This document shows, in pieces, positions 29,001 through 36,960 of a stretch of DNA of 64,000 bases (position 1 is its first letter; each line of letters opens with the position of its first letter). Source of the DNA: Roseobacter sp. (GTDB lineage Bacteria > Pseudomonadota > Alphaproteobacteria > Rhodobacterales > Rhodobacteraceae). The stretch spans positions 5,048 to 69,047 of the forward strand of contig JBDWVP010000055.1 in the NCBI GenBank assembly GCA_039983935.1, written 5' to 3'. A program made the position numbers and the translations under genes. The notes beneath the pieces are model-generated. The model saw only the letters and a list, made by a program, of their open reading frames with translations. It ran no database searches and was not told the DNA's origin.

Positions 29001-29526
29001 CGTTTCTGGAAACGACGGGGATGACCTGGTCTGGGGCGGTTCTGGCAATGACGTTATTTACGGCAACCGAGGCAGTGACATCATCTATGCAGATCGCGAT
29101 GATGACTATGTCGAAGGCAACGGTGGTGATGATTACATCAACGGTGTTGGCGGAGACGATTGGCTGATTGGCGGCGGCGGCAGTGATAACATCAACGGTG
29201 GATCTGGGTCCGACCGGATCAATGGCGGTAACGGGTCCGACATATTGACTGGCGGTAGCGAAAGCGATGTCTTCATCTTTGCCAATGATGGTGGGGATTG
29301 GAATGACATTATCACTGACTTCAAGTTTGATCAGGATACGCTTTTGCTGGGCACTGAACAGAGCGGTTATCTGTCGATCGACGATGTGGATGTTCTGGAT
29401 TACAACGGCAGCACAGTTATTACCTTCGAGGACAACTATATCCTGCTCCAAGGTGTTGGCGTGAATACGATTGTGAATAATGCAGGTGCCGTCTTTGGCG
29501 GCGCAGACGATCTGCTTCCAGGTTAA
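26029..29526 (+). CDS. Large secreted right-handed beta-helix protein with C-terminal RTX calcium-binding repeats (type I secretion substrate; possible polysaccharide-modifying enzyme)
   Basis: PbH1-like repeats ('NIVVHDVHFTEKISL', 'IIFDSVTFTEQGGISV', 'VTIREASFSNIE', 'LLIEDSTFVQIGW', 'LTFRNNISAEGS'). Acidic S/D/G linker (~nt 28660-28800). About 10 GGxGxD nonapeptides (~nt 28951-29285). No N-terminal signal peptide. SD 'GAAGGGGA'. Confidence 0.85.
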   Translation: MPLSFSEIDSLNSAGQTPQVDGGRVTTLLPDNYENARSITILDAPDEGRLTVNPDNSLALVMTGSDYVGTISFQVEIVNANGQTSRETIELSVDAPSQESGWGLGSDHYMLETDADGELVLETGEDHRDVYVSRDADALSLSDIAALERISVSDVTGEWLVANSEYGANSNMALAQDAGALLWSQLAQEDSGSHWLRLEKGYTYDGFEGANSDLFPNGVGGDNPLHPSVITSYGTGEQPVISTAQVAQRDDFANIVVHDVHFTEKISLVAPDETGSENIIFDSVTFTEQGGISVIDVNSVTIREASFSNIEEETPINGIEWQASPDRDHGIYSSGATGLLIEDSTFVQIGWGDGYSADADGDDPQPPSLYTHNVYISQTVRDLTFRNNISAEGSSYGANLRSGGFVEDNLFFENNAGVVVSGGIWNGSGPVGNFSLLSGNVVTSAAYKEAYGPGALAQGIYNGAVDTTLIGNIVAHQTDPNLPGDLESQPQSNSGLINEYEAFYDDTIVYNWYGSNAVLHGFADETSQNTEDLDITDVEAATIANLAKILLNDASADGTDLADWVIDNEVSADDLNDFFQQAFDTAQTARGSATDVRFVPTEISDGVRWDNRENWSTGDIAGTNVNDRVDLGGNWVVYGGTNTIQTLDFGAGGELEATHGRLNVTGQTTAGAGGATLTLSSAGQFWMEGGFAGTSALNVVQDGGRFANTGVITGNVNLFIDDGQALLSAEGGDFVLGQGETLTIRGADAQAGFDGALNREGILRFDAGSDVVIASDSTGLGSIGEFYSGAYNAAPRVDSNIHLNGADLTVDLSDTWLSTGSYVLMNADEISGTFGSFDIEGLGNRSATLTINYNTDEVVLDIASGSGVSVRTVGSDTTPPVIDTPEDDESNDDSGSDDSGSDGGGSNSGGNDGSDGSDDSNGDTSVLPAWMIAELDEATSDVFVFNTPGVLSTSISYVQTIDDRDSSGTTISILTGTGKNDKFYAGDGDDVVSGNDGDDLVWGGSGNDVIYGNRGSDIIYADRDDDYVEGNGGDDYINGVGGDDWLIGGGGSDNINGGSGSDRINGGNGSDILTGGSESDVFIFANDGGDWNDIITDFKFDQDTLLLGTEQSGYLSIDDVDVLDYNGSTVITFEDNYILLQGVGVNTIVNNAGAVFGGADDLLPG
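28951..29285 (+). repeat. RTX nonapeptide repeat block (coding repeat inside the 26029-29526 CDS)
   Basis: 'GDGDDVVSGNDGDDLVWGGSGNDVIYGNRGSDIIYADRDDDYVEGNGGDDYINGVGGDDWLIGGGGSDNINGGSGSDRINGGNGSDILTGGSESDVF'. Confidence 0.8.
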
Positions 29527-29552
29527 CCCCCAACCACCAGACCCAAATTTGT

Positions 29553-29588
29553 GAAAACGGGCGTTGCTCTCTAGCTGCGCCCGTTTTC
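29553..29588. terminator. Bidirectional rho-independent-type terminator between the RTX gene and parB
   Basis: 'gaaaacgggcg' (29553-29563) pairs with 'cgcccgttttc' (29578-29588). The GC-rich core is flanked by an A-run and a T-run, so it can work in both directions between the convergent genes. Confidence 0.6.
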
Positions 29589-29598
29589 GCATGCGAAA
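29585..29598. promoter_or_regulatory. 14-bp perfect palindrome TTTCGCATGCGAAA (candidate parS/centromere-like site)
   Basis: It reads identically on both strands and shares the pattern TTTCGC-NN-GCGAAA with the palindrome at 33590-33607. It lies just downstream of parB. Confidence 0.4.
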
Positions 29599-29637
29599 CA
29601 AGGTGTAAATAAAGCCTTGTAATCACGCATTTTTTTA
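29598..29637. terminator. Second hairpin plus T-run in the convergent gap
   Basis: 'acaagg-tgtaaataaag-ccttgt' (29598-29620) is followed by 'aatcacgcattttttt'. Confidence 0.4.
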
Positions 29638-29653
29638 CAAACTCAGTTGGAAT

Positions 29654-30643
29654 TTAAGCCTCACGCTCAATCAGCCAGCGACGCAAGTCTGTCAACAAAT
29701 CAGCATTAAGACCTGCACCATGCAAGACGACGCTTCCTTGTCGGGCCTCGAAAAACAAGTCCTTTGACACTTCCTCACCACGCGAGCGGGCCTGTGCAGC
29801 ACCTTTCCCAGTAGAGGACTTCACCCGCGCGAGGGCGCGCTCTAGTGCACTTCGCTCCGCAGCCGCATCCCTTGCTGGGCTCTTGCGCAAGCTATCACGC
29901 AACCGCCCCTCAAAAGACGGCACTCCATCGATGGCCCTTACCAAAGCCAGTCCAAGCTTCTCAGGTATTGCGGCCGGAAATTGTAAAACATTGCCCAAAG
30001 CTGTGTGCAGAGTCACAAAATTTAGTATTTTTGAGCGTTTCGAAGCGCTGGCATGTGCAAAGAGCGCCTGCACGGCAGCCTGCGGCGAAGAGTATACCCC
30101 GATGCGTGCGGCTTCCGCTGCGACTTGAGCACGTTCATAAAAAGACAAGTTGGCCCGGATTTCATTCTCCTCGACCATTGCCAAATATGCGGCCTCTGAG
30201 CTGTCAGGTGCACGCACCAGTGCGAGCACAGTTTCTTTTCCAAGCCTGCGCAACCCTTCAACACGACGTAGGCCTGAAATCAATCCGTAACCGCCATCAG
30301 AAAGCGCGATGAGTTCAACCGGCGTTTGTTGCCCGCGTGCGGATAGGCTCGCCATAAGCGCTGCCATTTCCTCTTCATCAAGCGTCATGCGATCTCGCAG
30401 CAGATGATCCTGTTTAATCTGGCTCAGGGGGATATGTTGGATAAGGCGCCCTTCAACCCGTGCTGCTTGCAACGCGCCAGCAACCTCCTCAAAGGCGGCC
30501 TGCCCTGCCGCATCGCTTGCAACATCCGCAATTGGCGCCGCGCGCCGCTGTAGCCCTCCCCGCGCATCCACCGTCGTCTTTGTGTCCAGATCTTGCTGTG
30601 CCCCATCCGGGTTAGCAGGTCCTAACCGTCTGCGCTTTGCCAT
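29654..30643 (-). CDS. parB: ParB-family partition protein
   Basis: ParB N-terminal domain 'IPLSQIKQDHLLRDR...QQTPVELIAL..GGYGLISGLRRVEGLRRLG'. It follows parA on the same strand. Confidence 0.8.
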   Translation of the reverse strand: MAKRRRLGPANPDGAQQDLDTKTTVDARGGLQRRAAPIADVASDAAGQAAFEEVAGALQAARVEGRLIQHIPLSQIKQDHLLRDRMTLDEEEMAALMASLSARGQQTPVELIALSDGGYGLISGLRRVEGLRRLGKETVLALVRAPDSSEAAYLAMVEENEIRANLSFYERAQVAAEAARIGVYSSPQAAVQALFAHASASKRSKILNFVTLHTALGNVLQFPAAIPEKLGLALVRAIDGVPSFEGRLRDSLRKSPARDAAAERSALERALARVKSSTGKGAAQARSRGEEVSKDLFFEARQGSVVLHGAGLNADLLTDLRRWLIEREA

Positions 30644-30690
30644 GATCTGCTCCTTTCGATTCAGGCTCTAAAGTATATTTAGAGCCTATT

Positions 30691-32079
30691 TTATACTGTT
30701 TTATTCTCAGCGGCGCGTGCCAATTCATCCCGCCGCCAACTTCCAACCAAAAGCCGCTTAAGCGAAGCGTAGGTTTCGTCAAACGTGGCACGCCCCCGTG
30801 CATAGGTATCTCGATTGAAATCACGATAATCTGCTTCGTATATTCCATTGACGGTCTCGCCTGCCTGCCCGATCAACGCGGTGAAATCTTGACGGTAAGG
30901 CGAAAGCTGCCGCCCCAGATAAGCTTGCATCAAACCGGCCATTTCAGCTTGCTGACTGCCGTCATAACGCGTGATAACTGTTTGCACGGCATCCCACTCA
31001 AAGCGCAGCTCCGGCCGTCCTAGCGCCCGAGCGGCCATATTTTCGCCTTCCTCGATCGATTCAAAGGCAGAGTGCAGCATGTCAAAGAAGCGACCCGTTG
31101 AATCGAACTCCACAAAAGAGGCCCCAGTCGGCACAATAAGGATGTCTGCGGCTGTCAGCCCGTTGATCGTCAGGTAACCAAGTGCGGGCGGTGTATCGAG
31201 AACCACAAGGTCATAACGCTCAAGCAGATCGCCATCCTCCAGCGCTTCACTCAATGCGTCCCACAGTTTCCAGCCTCTTGCAGCCATACGCCAGACTGGG
31301 ATTTGAAATTCAGACCAATACAGGTTGAGCTGCGCGCCGATCAAATCAATATTGGGCCAATGCGTTGGACGCACGAGATCCTCAGGATTAATCTCCAAAG
31401 CCTCGCTTAATGTGTCATCCAGAGGAAGCGGCGCTTCCCCTCGATCAAGCCTTCGCTGATTTTCACTGCGCAGATACTTGGCATAATGCCGGGCAATCAT
31501 CGGAAAAACAGTTTGCCATTCATCGTTGACCTGCCCGTTCAGAATGGATGTCATGGATCCTTGGCTGTCCAGATCCACCACAAGCACCTTGTAGCCGTCT
31601 AGCGCGGCTGACATAGCCAGATGCGCTGCGGTGGATGTTTTACCCACGCCGCCTTTGAAGTTCGCAACGGCAACAATTTTGGCCGGAAGCCCCTTTGGGC
31701 GATATGGAAGGTAATCCTTAGACTTTGATCCCTCTGCTCCAAAATGCGCGCGCAGTAACAAGACCTCATCGAAGGTAAACCACTTAGCCCCCCCTTCGGT
31801 TTCTGAGCGTCCTTGCGGCAACTCAGTGTTTTGGCGCAAGACACGCCGGAAGTGTGCCGGGGCCACGGGGATTAGATATTTGGTGATTTCCCAGGTTGAA
31901 AACATCCTGAGTGTTTTTGTCCCATCGGGATTCATTCCACGCCCGGCGAGATCAGTACGGCCCCGTAAACACGCTTTTGCTATCTCAGCAAAGTCTTCGG
32001 TCTGAACAGGAGACTCCATTGAAGCCATGGCTGCATCGGGTGAAATATTGAAATAGGGGGGGCGGGTTGCGTTATTCAT
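30691..32079 (-). CDS. parA: ParA-family partition ATPase with long N-terminal extension
   Basis: Deviant Walker A 'ANFKGGVGKTSTAAHL', plus 'VLVVDLDSQGS' and 'DLVVLDTPPALG'. ATG at 32079 is preceded by 'GAGGG'; the ORF track extends to 32142. Confidence 0.85.
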   Translation of the reverse strand: MNNATRPPYFNISPDAAMASMESPVQTEDFAEIAKACLRGRTDLAGRGMNPDGTKTLRMFSTWEITKYLIPVAPAHFRRVLRQNTELPQGRSETEGGAKWFTFDEVLLLRAHFGAEGSKSKDYLPYRPKGLPAKIVAVANFKGGVGKTSTAAHLAMSAALDGYKVLVVDLDSQGSMTSILNGQVNDEWQTVFPMIARHYAKYLRSENQRRLDRGEAPLPLDDTLSEALEINPEDLVRPTHWPNIDLIGAQLNLYWSEFQIPVWRMAARGWKLWDALSEALEDGDLLERYDLVVLDTPPALGYLTINGLTAADILIVPTGASFVEFDSTGRFFDMLHSAFESIEEGENMAARALGRPELRFEWDAVQTVITRYDGSQQAEMAGLMQAYLGRQLSPYRQDFTALIGQAGETVNGIYEADYRDFNRDTYARGRATFDETYASLKRLLVGSWRRDELARAAENKTV

Positions 32080-32142
32080 GTAGCCCTCATGTGACGTCTT
32101 TTTATTAAGATACCTGAAAACACGGTATATGCAAGAAAACAC

Positions 32143-32320
32143 AGATCATTATTTTGAATTCTTCGCCTTTTCAGGTGCTTGGAGAGATCTGATTTTGGTT
32201 TTTTAAGGGATCTGCTTCATATGTCTAAGTTATTTATGTGTTATATTATAGTTAAGGGTACTGCTTAAAAATTCTAACGTATTGTTTTATAATAGCTAAA
32301 TAGTTTTACTTTGAATCTCA
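32143..32320. promoter_or_regulatory. AT-rich divergent parA/repA control region (candidate DNA-unwinding element and promoters)
   Basis: This is the AT-richest stretch of the window ('ttatttatgtgttatattatagttaag', 'ttgttttataatagctaaatagttttac'). It directly abuts the iteron array. Confidence 0.4.
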
Positions 32321-32381
32321 GTGACTCTGAACCCACGATAAGGCGACTCTGAACCCACGCCAAGGTGACTCTGATCCCACG
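32321..32381. repeat. Three direct 17-bp iterons at 22-bp spacing (candidate oriV RepA-binding sites)
   Basis: 'gtgactctgaacccacg' (32321), 'gcgactctgaacccacg' (32343) and 'gtgactctgatcccacg' (32365). They are followed by the inverted repeat 'cccacg-agggtaa-cgtggg', and lie ~150 bp upstream of repA. Confidence 0.7.
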
Positions 32382-32532
32382 AGGGTAACGTGGGGGCTGT
32401 GGACAGAATCGATGGGATTTTCTAGGATAGGTGTCACTGAAACACCGAAGATAAAAAGGACCGTCCTTACAAGGTTCCCTTCGGATATGAGAACGAGCAG
32501 AGCATGAGTTTTTTTGATCGGGGCCTTGGGCA

Positions 32533-33534
32533 ATGGCCGTGAGCCGTCGCGCGGTGCCCCCAGGGGATTTTTTCGTTTGCGATTTTTTCGCCGCGGTTCC
32601 CAAGCATGATTTGGCGTCGATGGAGCATCCATTGTTTTCGCTGTCGACCCGACCGGACCGGCGTATTTTGGAATACAAACATAACGACGTTGAGGTGACA
32701 GTGACCCCCTCGGTCAAAGGGCGTGCGACGATTTTTGATGCGGATATTCTGATCTTTTGCATCAGTCAGCTGATGGCCGCTTTGAATAAGGGGAAATCGA
32801 CGACGCGCACATTAACGCTGACCGCGCATGATCTGTTGCTGGCCACAGGGCGTGAGACATCAGGGGATGGCTACAAGCGGCTCAGAGATGCTTTTGAGCG
32901 GCTTGCAGGGACGCGGATCACTACCAATATTGCCACGGGGCCAAAGGGTGACTTGCTTGAGGTGACTACGGGGTTTGGTCTGATTGAAAGCTGGGAGATT
33001 GTGCGCCGGACGCGCGGAGGGCGTATGGTCAGTGTGGCCGTGACCCTGAGTGAGTGGCTCTACAATGCGGTGTTGGCTAAGTCTGTGCTAACACTCAGTC
33101 GCGATTATTTCAGTTTGCGCCGTCCGCTGGAACGCCGGCTCTATCAGCTTTGTCGCAAGCATTGCGGGCGGCAGCGCGAGTGGCGTGTGTCAGTTGATAC
33201 GCTGTGCAAGAAGTCCGGATCTGCCAGTCCACGTCGTGTCTTTCGCGCGATGCTGCGCGAGATTATCCGGGATGCGCGCCTGCCCGATTATGTTCTGACG
33301 GAAATCCCCGGCGATATGATTAGCGTGTCCCCCGATCGGTTGGTGGAAACTGCGCCCTCCCCTGCCCTTTCTTCAGAAACGTTGGAAGTTGCCCGGACCC
33401 TGATGCCCGGAGCGGATGTCTACGCGCTGGAAGCCCACTGGCGGGGCGTTTGGACCGCCTCGGGTTCGCCGCACCTGAAAAATCCAGACCGTGCATTTTT
33501 GGGCTGGGTGAAAAAACGCGCAAATGACGGATGA
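32533..33534 (+). CDS. repA: Plasmid replication initiator ('replication initiator protein A' / RPA family)
   Basis: 'GDFFVCDFFAAVPKHDLASMEHPLFSLSTRPDRRILEYKHNDVEVTVTPSVKGRATIFDADILIFCISQL' matches the conserved N-terminus of this initiator family. It is divergent from parAB. Confidence 0.75.
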   Translation: MAVSRRAVPPGDFFVCDFFAAVPKHDLASMEHPLFSLSTRPDRRILEYKHNDVEVTVTPSVKGRATIFDADILIFCISQLMAALNKGKSTTRTLTLTAHDLLLATGRETSGDGYKRLRDAFERLAGTRITTNIATGPKGDLLEVTTGFGLIESWEIVRRTRGGRMVSVAVTLSEWLYNAVLAKSVLTLSRDYFSLRRPLERRLYQLCRKHCGRQREWRVSVDTLCKKSGSASPRRVFRAMLREIIRDARLPDYVLTEIPGDMISVSPDRLVETAPSPALSSETLEVARTLMPGADVYALEAHWRGVWTASGSPHLKNPDRAFLGWVKKRANDG

Positions 33535-33589
33535 CCGCAAGGCCAAAATCCAGCGAAAAAAATGAAAAAATGTTTAAAAACAAGTGCTT

Positions 33590-33607
33590 AAATATCATCA
33601 TTTCGCG
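33590..33607. promoter_or_regulatory. 18-bp perfect palindrome CATTTCGCGCGCGAAATG (candidate parS/centromere-like site or repA terminator)
   Basis: Perfect dyad with the core TTTCGC-GC-GCGAAA. It sits in an A-tract-rich region 56 nt downstream of the repA stop. Confidence 0.4.
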
Positions 33608-33709
33608 CGCGAAATGCTAAACTGGCGTTATGTGTCGCGCTGGCTGTGTAAAGAGGCCTTTAGGGAATTTTCGAAATAGCACCGGGATTGATGATCTACC
33701 CTATGGGAG

Positions 33710-34501
33710 CTAAGGCGCCGGAAAGTAATTTGTAGTCTTGTTTTGGTACCAATACATCATCAACCCTAACCATTCTTTGGTGGCGGTATCCGTCATGCCC
33801 ATGCCTTCTGTAAACTGGTAAGTGTAGAAGGGGCTGAAGGGTGGAATCCATCTGAAATCGACGGGGTAGGGAACAGGTCTACCTCCTAACTTACGGAATG
33901 CTCCAATTAAACGAGGCATCCGATGTGCCGAGGTTATGACCCACCATGTTTCATCTATGTCTTCACCGATGAGCGCGATGGCATTGCGTGCGGTTTCGAA
34001 GGTGCTGCCTGAATTGGGTTCAATGGTGATCCTGTCTTCGGCGATGCCGAGTTCTAGCAAGATGCGGCGTATGCCGTCAGCTGGGCGCAAAGGGGCAGGT
34101 GTGCCGCTGCTTCCACTGCCAGAGCTAACGATGATGTGTGCCTGTGGAAAGCGGCGCGCGAGCAACGCTGTGATAGGGACGCCATCCCCATCCTCAGTCA
34201 ACTCCATGAGCGCGCCTGTGCGATTGGCGTGTACTTCGTTGATCCCGCTGCCAACGAGTATGATGCCGAAGGGTTCAGGGGCGTCTTCCAGAACCACAGG
34301 CGGAAAACGAGATACAAGTGGCGCCATCAGTAATTCGCCTGCGGATGTGTATCCGAATGTTAAAAACCCGGCGGTTCCTAGACCAATGGCCGAGATGCCC
34401 AGACGGCGCCACCGCAATACAAACAGACACAGTCCGATAACAATCAGCAGGATTAAGAAATTTGAGGGCACCGTAATAAAAGCAAGAACAGACATCGCCA
34501 T
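33710..34501 (-). CDS. DUF218 / YdcF (ElyC/SanA-like) membrane-anchored protein
   Basis: Two N-terminal TM helices, then 'IILVGSG', 'IIVSSGSG' and 'WVITSAHRMPR', which are typical of the YdcF fold. Confidence 0.65.
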   Translation of the reverse strand: MAMSVLAFITVPSNFLILLIVIGLCLFVLRWRRLGISAIGLGTAGFLTFGYTSAGELLMAPLVSRFPPVVLEDAPEPFGIILVGSGINEVHANRTGALMELTEDGDGVPITALLARRFPQAHIIVSSGSGSSGTPAPLRPADGIRRILLELGIAEDRITIEPNSGSTFETARNAIALIGEDIDETWWVITSAHRMPRLIGAFRKLGGRPVPYPVDFRWIPPFSPFYTYQFTEGMGMTDTATKEWLGLMMYWYQNKTTNYFPAP

Positions 34502-34502
34502 G

Positions 34503-35738
34503 TTATGGGTCTACCCTTCCGTCAGGATGCGGGCCTTCCATGATTTCAGGGATGTTGCTGGCGTGGCGCAGATGGCGAACACGTCGATTGAATGTTGTTT
34601 CAAAACAGTGTTCTTGGGCGAAATCGCGGCCGCGCTTGGCCATGTCTTGCAATGCGTCACGATTATGATGCAGCCGGGCAATTCCGGCGGCCATTGCATC
34701 GGTATCTCGTAAGGGCACGCTCCAGCCCGCGCCTGAAACTTGAACGACACCTGCAAAGGCTTCATTGGCATAGCCTACGATGGGTACACCACAAGACATG
34801 ACTTCGGAGTAGGTGCTTGAAGGATCGCCTTGCGGATGGCAGCAGACAAAAAGATCTGCCTGCCGCTTGAGCAGTGGAATCCATCCTGTGTTGAAATCCA
34901 ATGGCGGGTTCAGGGTTACTCTATCTGATAGGTGTGCCTTGGTGATTTGGTGACGCAGGGCGCTTTCTTGATCGCCACTGCCGTAGATATCCATCTTGTA
35001 AGGTACGCCTAGTCGATCCAGTGCTTTTGCCACGTTTGGCAAATCCAAAACACCTTTCATCGCTGTGATCCGTCCACCAAAAACCAAACGTAGGGGAGCG
35101 TTTTCAGAAAACCGGGCGCATTTCGTCTCTAAATCAGCCAGTTTAATGACATCCTCTGCTTTAACTCTGTTGTCAAAAAACAGCATCGGGTTGGGAGAAA
35201 ATGGACTGTAAAGTTCATAAGTTGGTGTGCCGCTGCACTGCAGGCCTGCGGCATGGGTGCGTAACATTTTGCGGCGTTTGCGCTCGACACCACGAATGTA
35301 GAAATATCGCCGGAAGCGCCGCAGCAGGTTTGAGGTTGTCAGGTCAATGATCTGCATTTCCGTTTGAGGAGTGTATTCGCTAATGAATATGACAGGCTTG
35401 CCTAATCGGTGGCAGAGTGCAGCGGTTTCGAGCTCACCGGGCAAAAGTTGCATAAGCACTACGGCTGCCTGTTCTAGGCGAGATGCCAGTGCCTTTGGGT
35501 CATCAGGACGGATTTCCAACCCGTAATCAGGATGTTCCATCTCGGTTTCGACCTGGTCCATATCGACGCCAGCTTGTGTCTCGATACCGACCAGCGAGGT
35601 AACGGGTCCCGGCCAGGTTTTTGCATATTCGGTGACACCATCCAGATATTTCTGCGTCATTATTAGCCGCCCAGAGGCTCCCCGGCGCGCCTTAAGGCTG
35701 GCCAGAATCAAGAGTTCTCGAGGAGGCGCCACTTTCAC
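34503..35738 (-). CDS. GT-B glycosyltransferase (GT4/GT1-like)
   Basis: C-terminal half 'RLVFGGRITAMKGV...LFVCCHPQGDPSSTYSEVMSCGVPIVGY'. The GTG start overlaps the upstream stop (GTGA). Confidence 0.65.
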   Translation of the reverse strand: MKVAPPRELLILASLKARRGASGRLIMTQKYLDGVTEYAKTWPGPVTSLVGIETQAGVDMDQVETEMEHPDYGLEIRPDDPKALASRLEQAAVVLMQLLPGELETAALCHRLGKPVIFISEYTPQTEMQIIDLTTSNLLRRFRRYFYIRGVERKRRKMLRTHAAGLQCSGTPTYELYSPFSPNPMLFFDNRVKAEDVIKLADLETKCARFSENAPLRLVFGGRITAMKGVLDLPNVAKALDRLGVPYKMDIYGSGDQESALRHQITKAHLSDRVTLNPPLDFNTGWIPLLKRQADLFVCCHPQGDPSSTYSEVMSCGVPIVGYANEAFAGVVQVSGAGWSVPLRDTDAMAAGIARLHHNRDALQDMAKRGRDFAQEHCFETTFNRRVRHLRHASNIPEIMEGPHPDGRVDP

Positions 35739-36910
35739 GAGATAAGGTCCAGCGTATTAAGGGGTTCAACAGGGTTCTGGGCTTGGTTTTCGGCGACAAT
35801 ATCTAATGTTCGTTTAAGATCATCAATATCCACCCGAAATCCGACTGGGGCCATGTGTCCAACAGTGAAGGCAAAGCGCAACCCTATCCGATCGGTTAGC
35901 TCTTTAAAGGCCATTGCAAAACGGTCCGGTGGCTGTAGGGCGAGAAGTGTGCCCCCTTCTGCCAGCGTATAAATTGCATGGGCCATATGGCTTCCCTCGA
36001 CGCTTACTACGATGGGTGTGTCGAGCAGACGTTGCGCTACTTCTTGAGCGGAGATTTTTGAGGGCTCGACAATATCGAAGTTTCGTTCGAGCAGCATTGC
36101 CTCGAGCTCTGCTTCGTTCTGGACAATACGATCTTCACCAGTGCTGCCGCGTTTGAGGTATATCCCGGGTGGTGGTGGCGTGTTGGGTCGAAGCGTTTGG
36201 CGCAAACGGCGGCGTAGCTTCGCATAGCGCATTGCCTTGGATGTGTTTTGCCCGAAATCTGTATAGATGGTTAGCTGATCGATCCGAGCATTCGTGAGCA
36301 GGCGAGGACGGGGCATTGACAGGATGTCGCGGTAGCCTTTCTCGTGCATATAGTGTTTGGTTTTAACTGAAATTGCTGGAGCGCCTTCTTCGGGGAGTAG
36401 CTCCATGGGTATTGCGGCGCGCAAGAACATCCCAAAATAATGGCTTCCAGCCCAGTTAGAGATAAGATGTGCCTCTGTGAGATGTGTGGTCGGGGCGTTA
36501 GTATTCCGGATGTATTGTTGAGCGCCAAAGCCAGCTTGCATTCTTGCAGCACCGCGATAGAGGAAAGCGTCAGATATTCTGATGTCTTCCAATAGATGTG
36601 CACTTGTCGCCGCATGCTCGATCTGACCGCCGTTGATAAATAATTTTTCTGTTTCCCAGCCCCGCCAAGGTGACAAGGAGCTGATGCGATCAAGAGCATT
36701 GGGTAGAAAGATTGCTGGGCGGCAGTCCTGGATTTCAGCAGGGTGGAGTTCCCAGCTGCGCACGGCAACATCACGCAAATCTGGCGCACTCCCTGCCATC
36801 AACCGGTGAGCGCCCCAAGCCAATGCCGCCGTATTGATACCTTTGACAGACAGGCCTGAGCGGTCTGGTTTCAGACCACTGCGTCCCACGGTCCTAAACT
36901 TGTTAAACAT
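35735..36910 (-). CDS. DUF563 / GT61-like glycosyltransferase
   Basis: 'IYLKRGSTGEDRIVQNEAELEAMLLERNFDIVEPSKISAQEVAQRLLDTPIVVSVEGSHMAHAIY' fits the GT61/DUF563 C-terminal pattern. Confidence 0.55.
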   Translation of the reverse strand: MFNKFRTVGRSGLKPDRSGLSVKGINTAALAWGAHRLMAGSAPDLRDVAVRSWELHPAEIQDCRPAIFLPNALDRISSLSPWRGWETEKLFINGGQIEHAATSAHLLEDIRISDAFLYRGAARMQAGFGAQQYIRNTNAPTTHLTEAHLISNWAGSHYFGMFLRAAIPMELLPEEGAPAISVKTKHYMHEKGYRDILSMPRPRLLTNARIDQLTIYTDFGQNTSKAMRYAKLRRRLRQTLRPNTPPPPGIYLKRGSTGEDRIVQNEAELEAMLLERNFDIVEPSKISAQEVAQRLLDTPIVVSVEGSHMAHAIYTLAEGGTLLALQPPDRFAMAFKELTDRIGLRFAFTVGHMAPVGFRVDIDDLKRTLDIVAENQAQNPVEPLNTLDLIS

Positions 36911-36960
36911 TCAATGCTCCTAAAACAGGTCATGAAATATGCGGTCGTAAAAAATAAAAA

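Noticed and set aside
28807-29601. 264-aa ORF on the minus strand opposite the RTX repeat region
   Set aside because: It is the mirror image of the Gly/Asp codon repeats of a strongly supported plus-strand CDS. It has no RBS and a repetitive, implausible composition.
32321-32381. Possible CRISPR-like array, because of regularly spaced direct repeats
   Set aside because: There are only three 17-bp repeats separated by 5-nt spacers, and no cas genes. They sit between parA and repA next to an AT-rich tract, which is the pattern of plasmid iterons.
29654-33534. A classical repABC operon
   Set aside because: The third gene is divergently oriented, and its product matches the 'replication initiator protein A' N-terminal pattern rather than RepC. 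This fits a RepA-type replicon with a separate parAB operon better.
33936-34712. 258-aa plus-strand ORF opposite the DUF218 and glycosyltransferase genes
   Set aside because: The Ser/Pro/Arg/Ala-rich product is typical of antisense frames in GC-rich coding DNA. It spans two real minus-strand genes that have clear family motifs.
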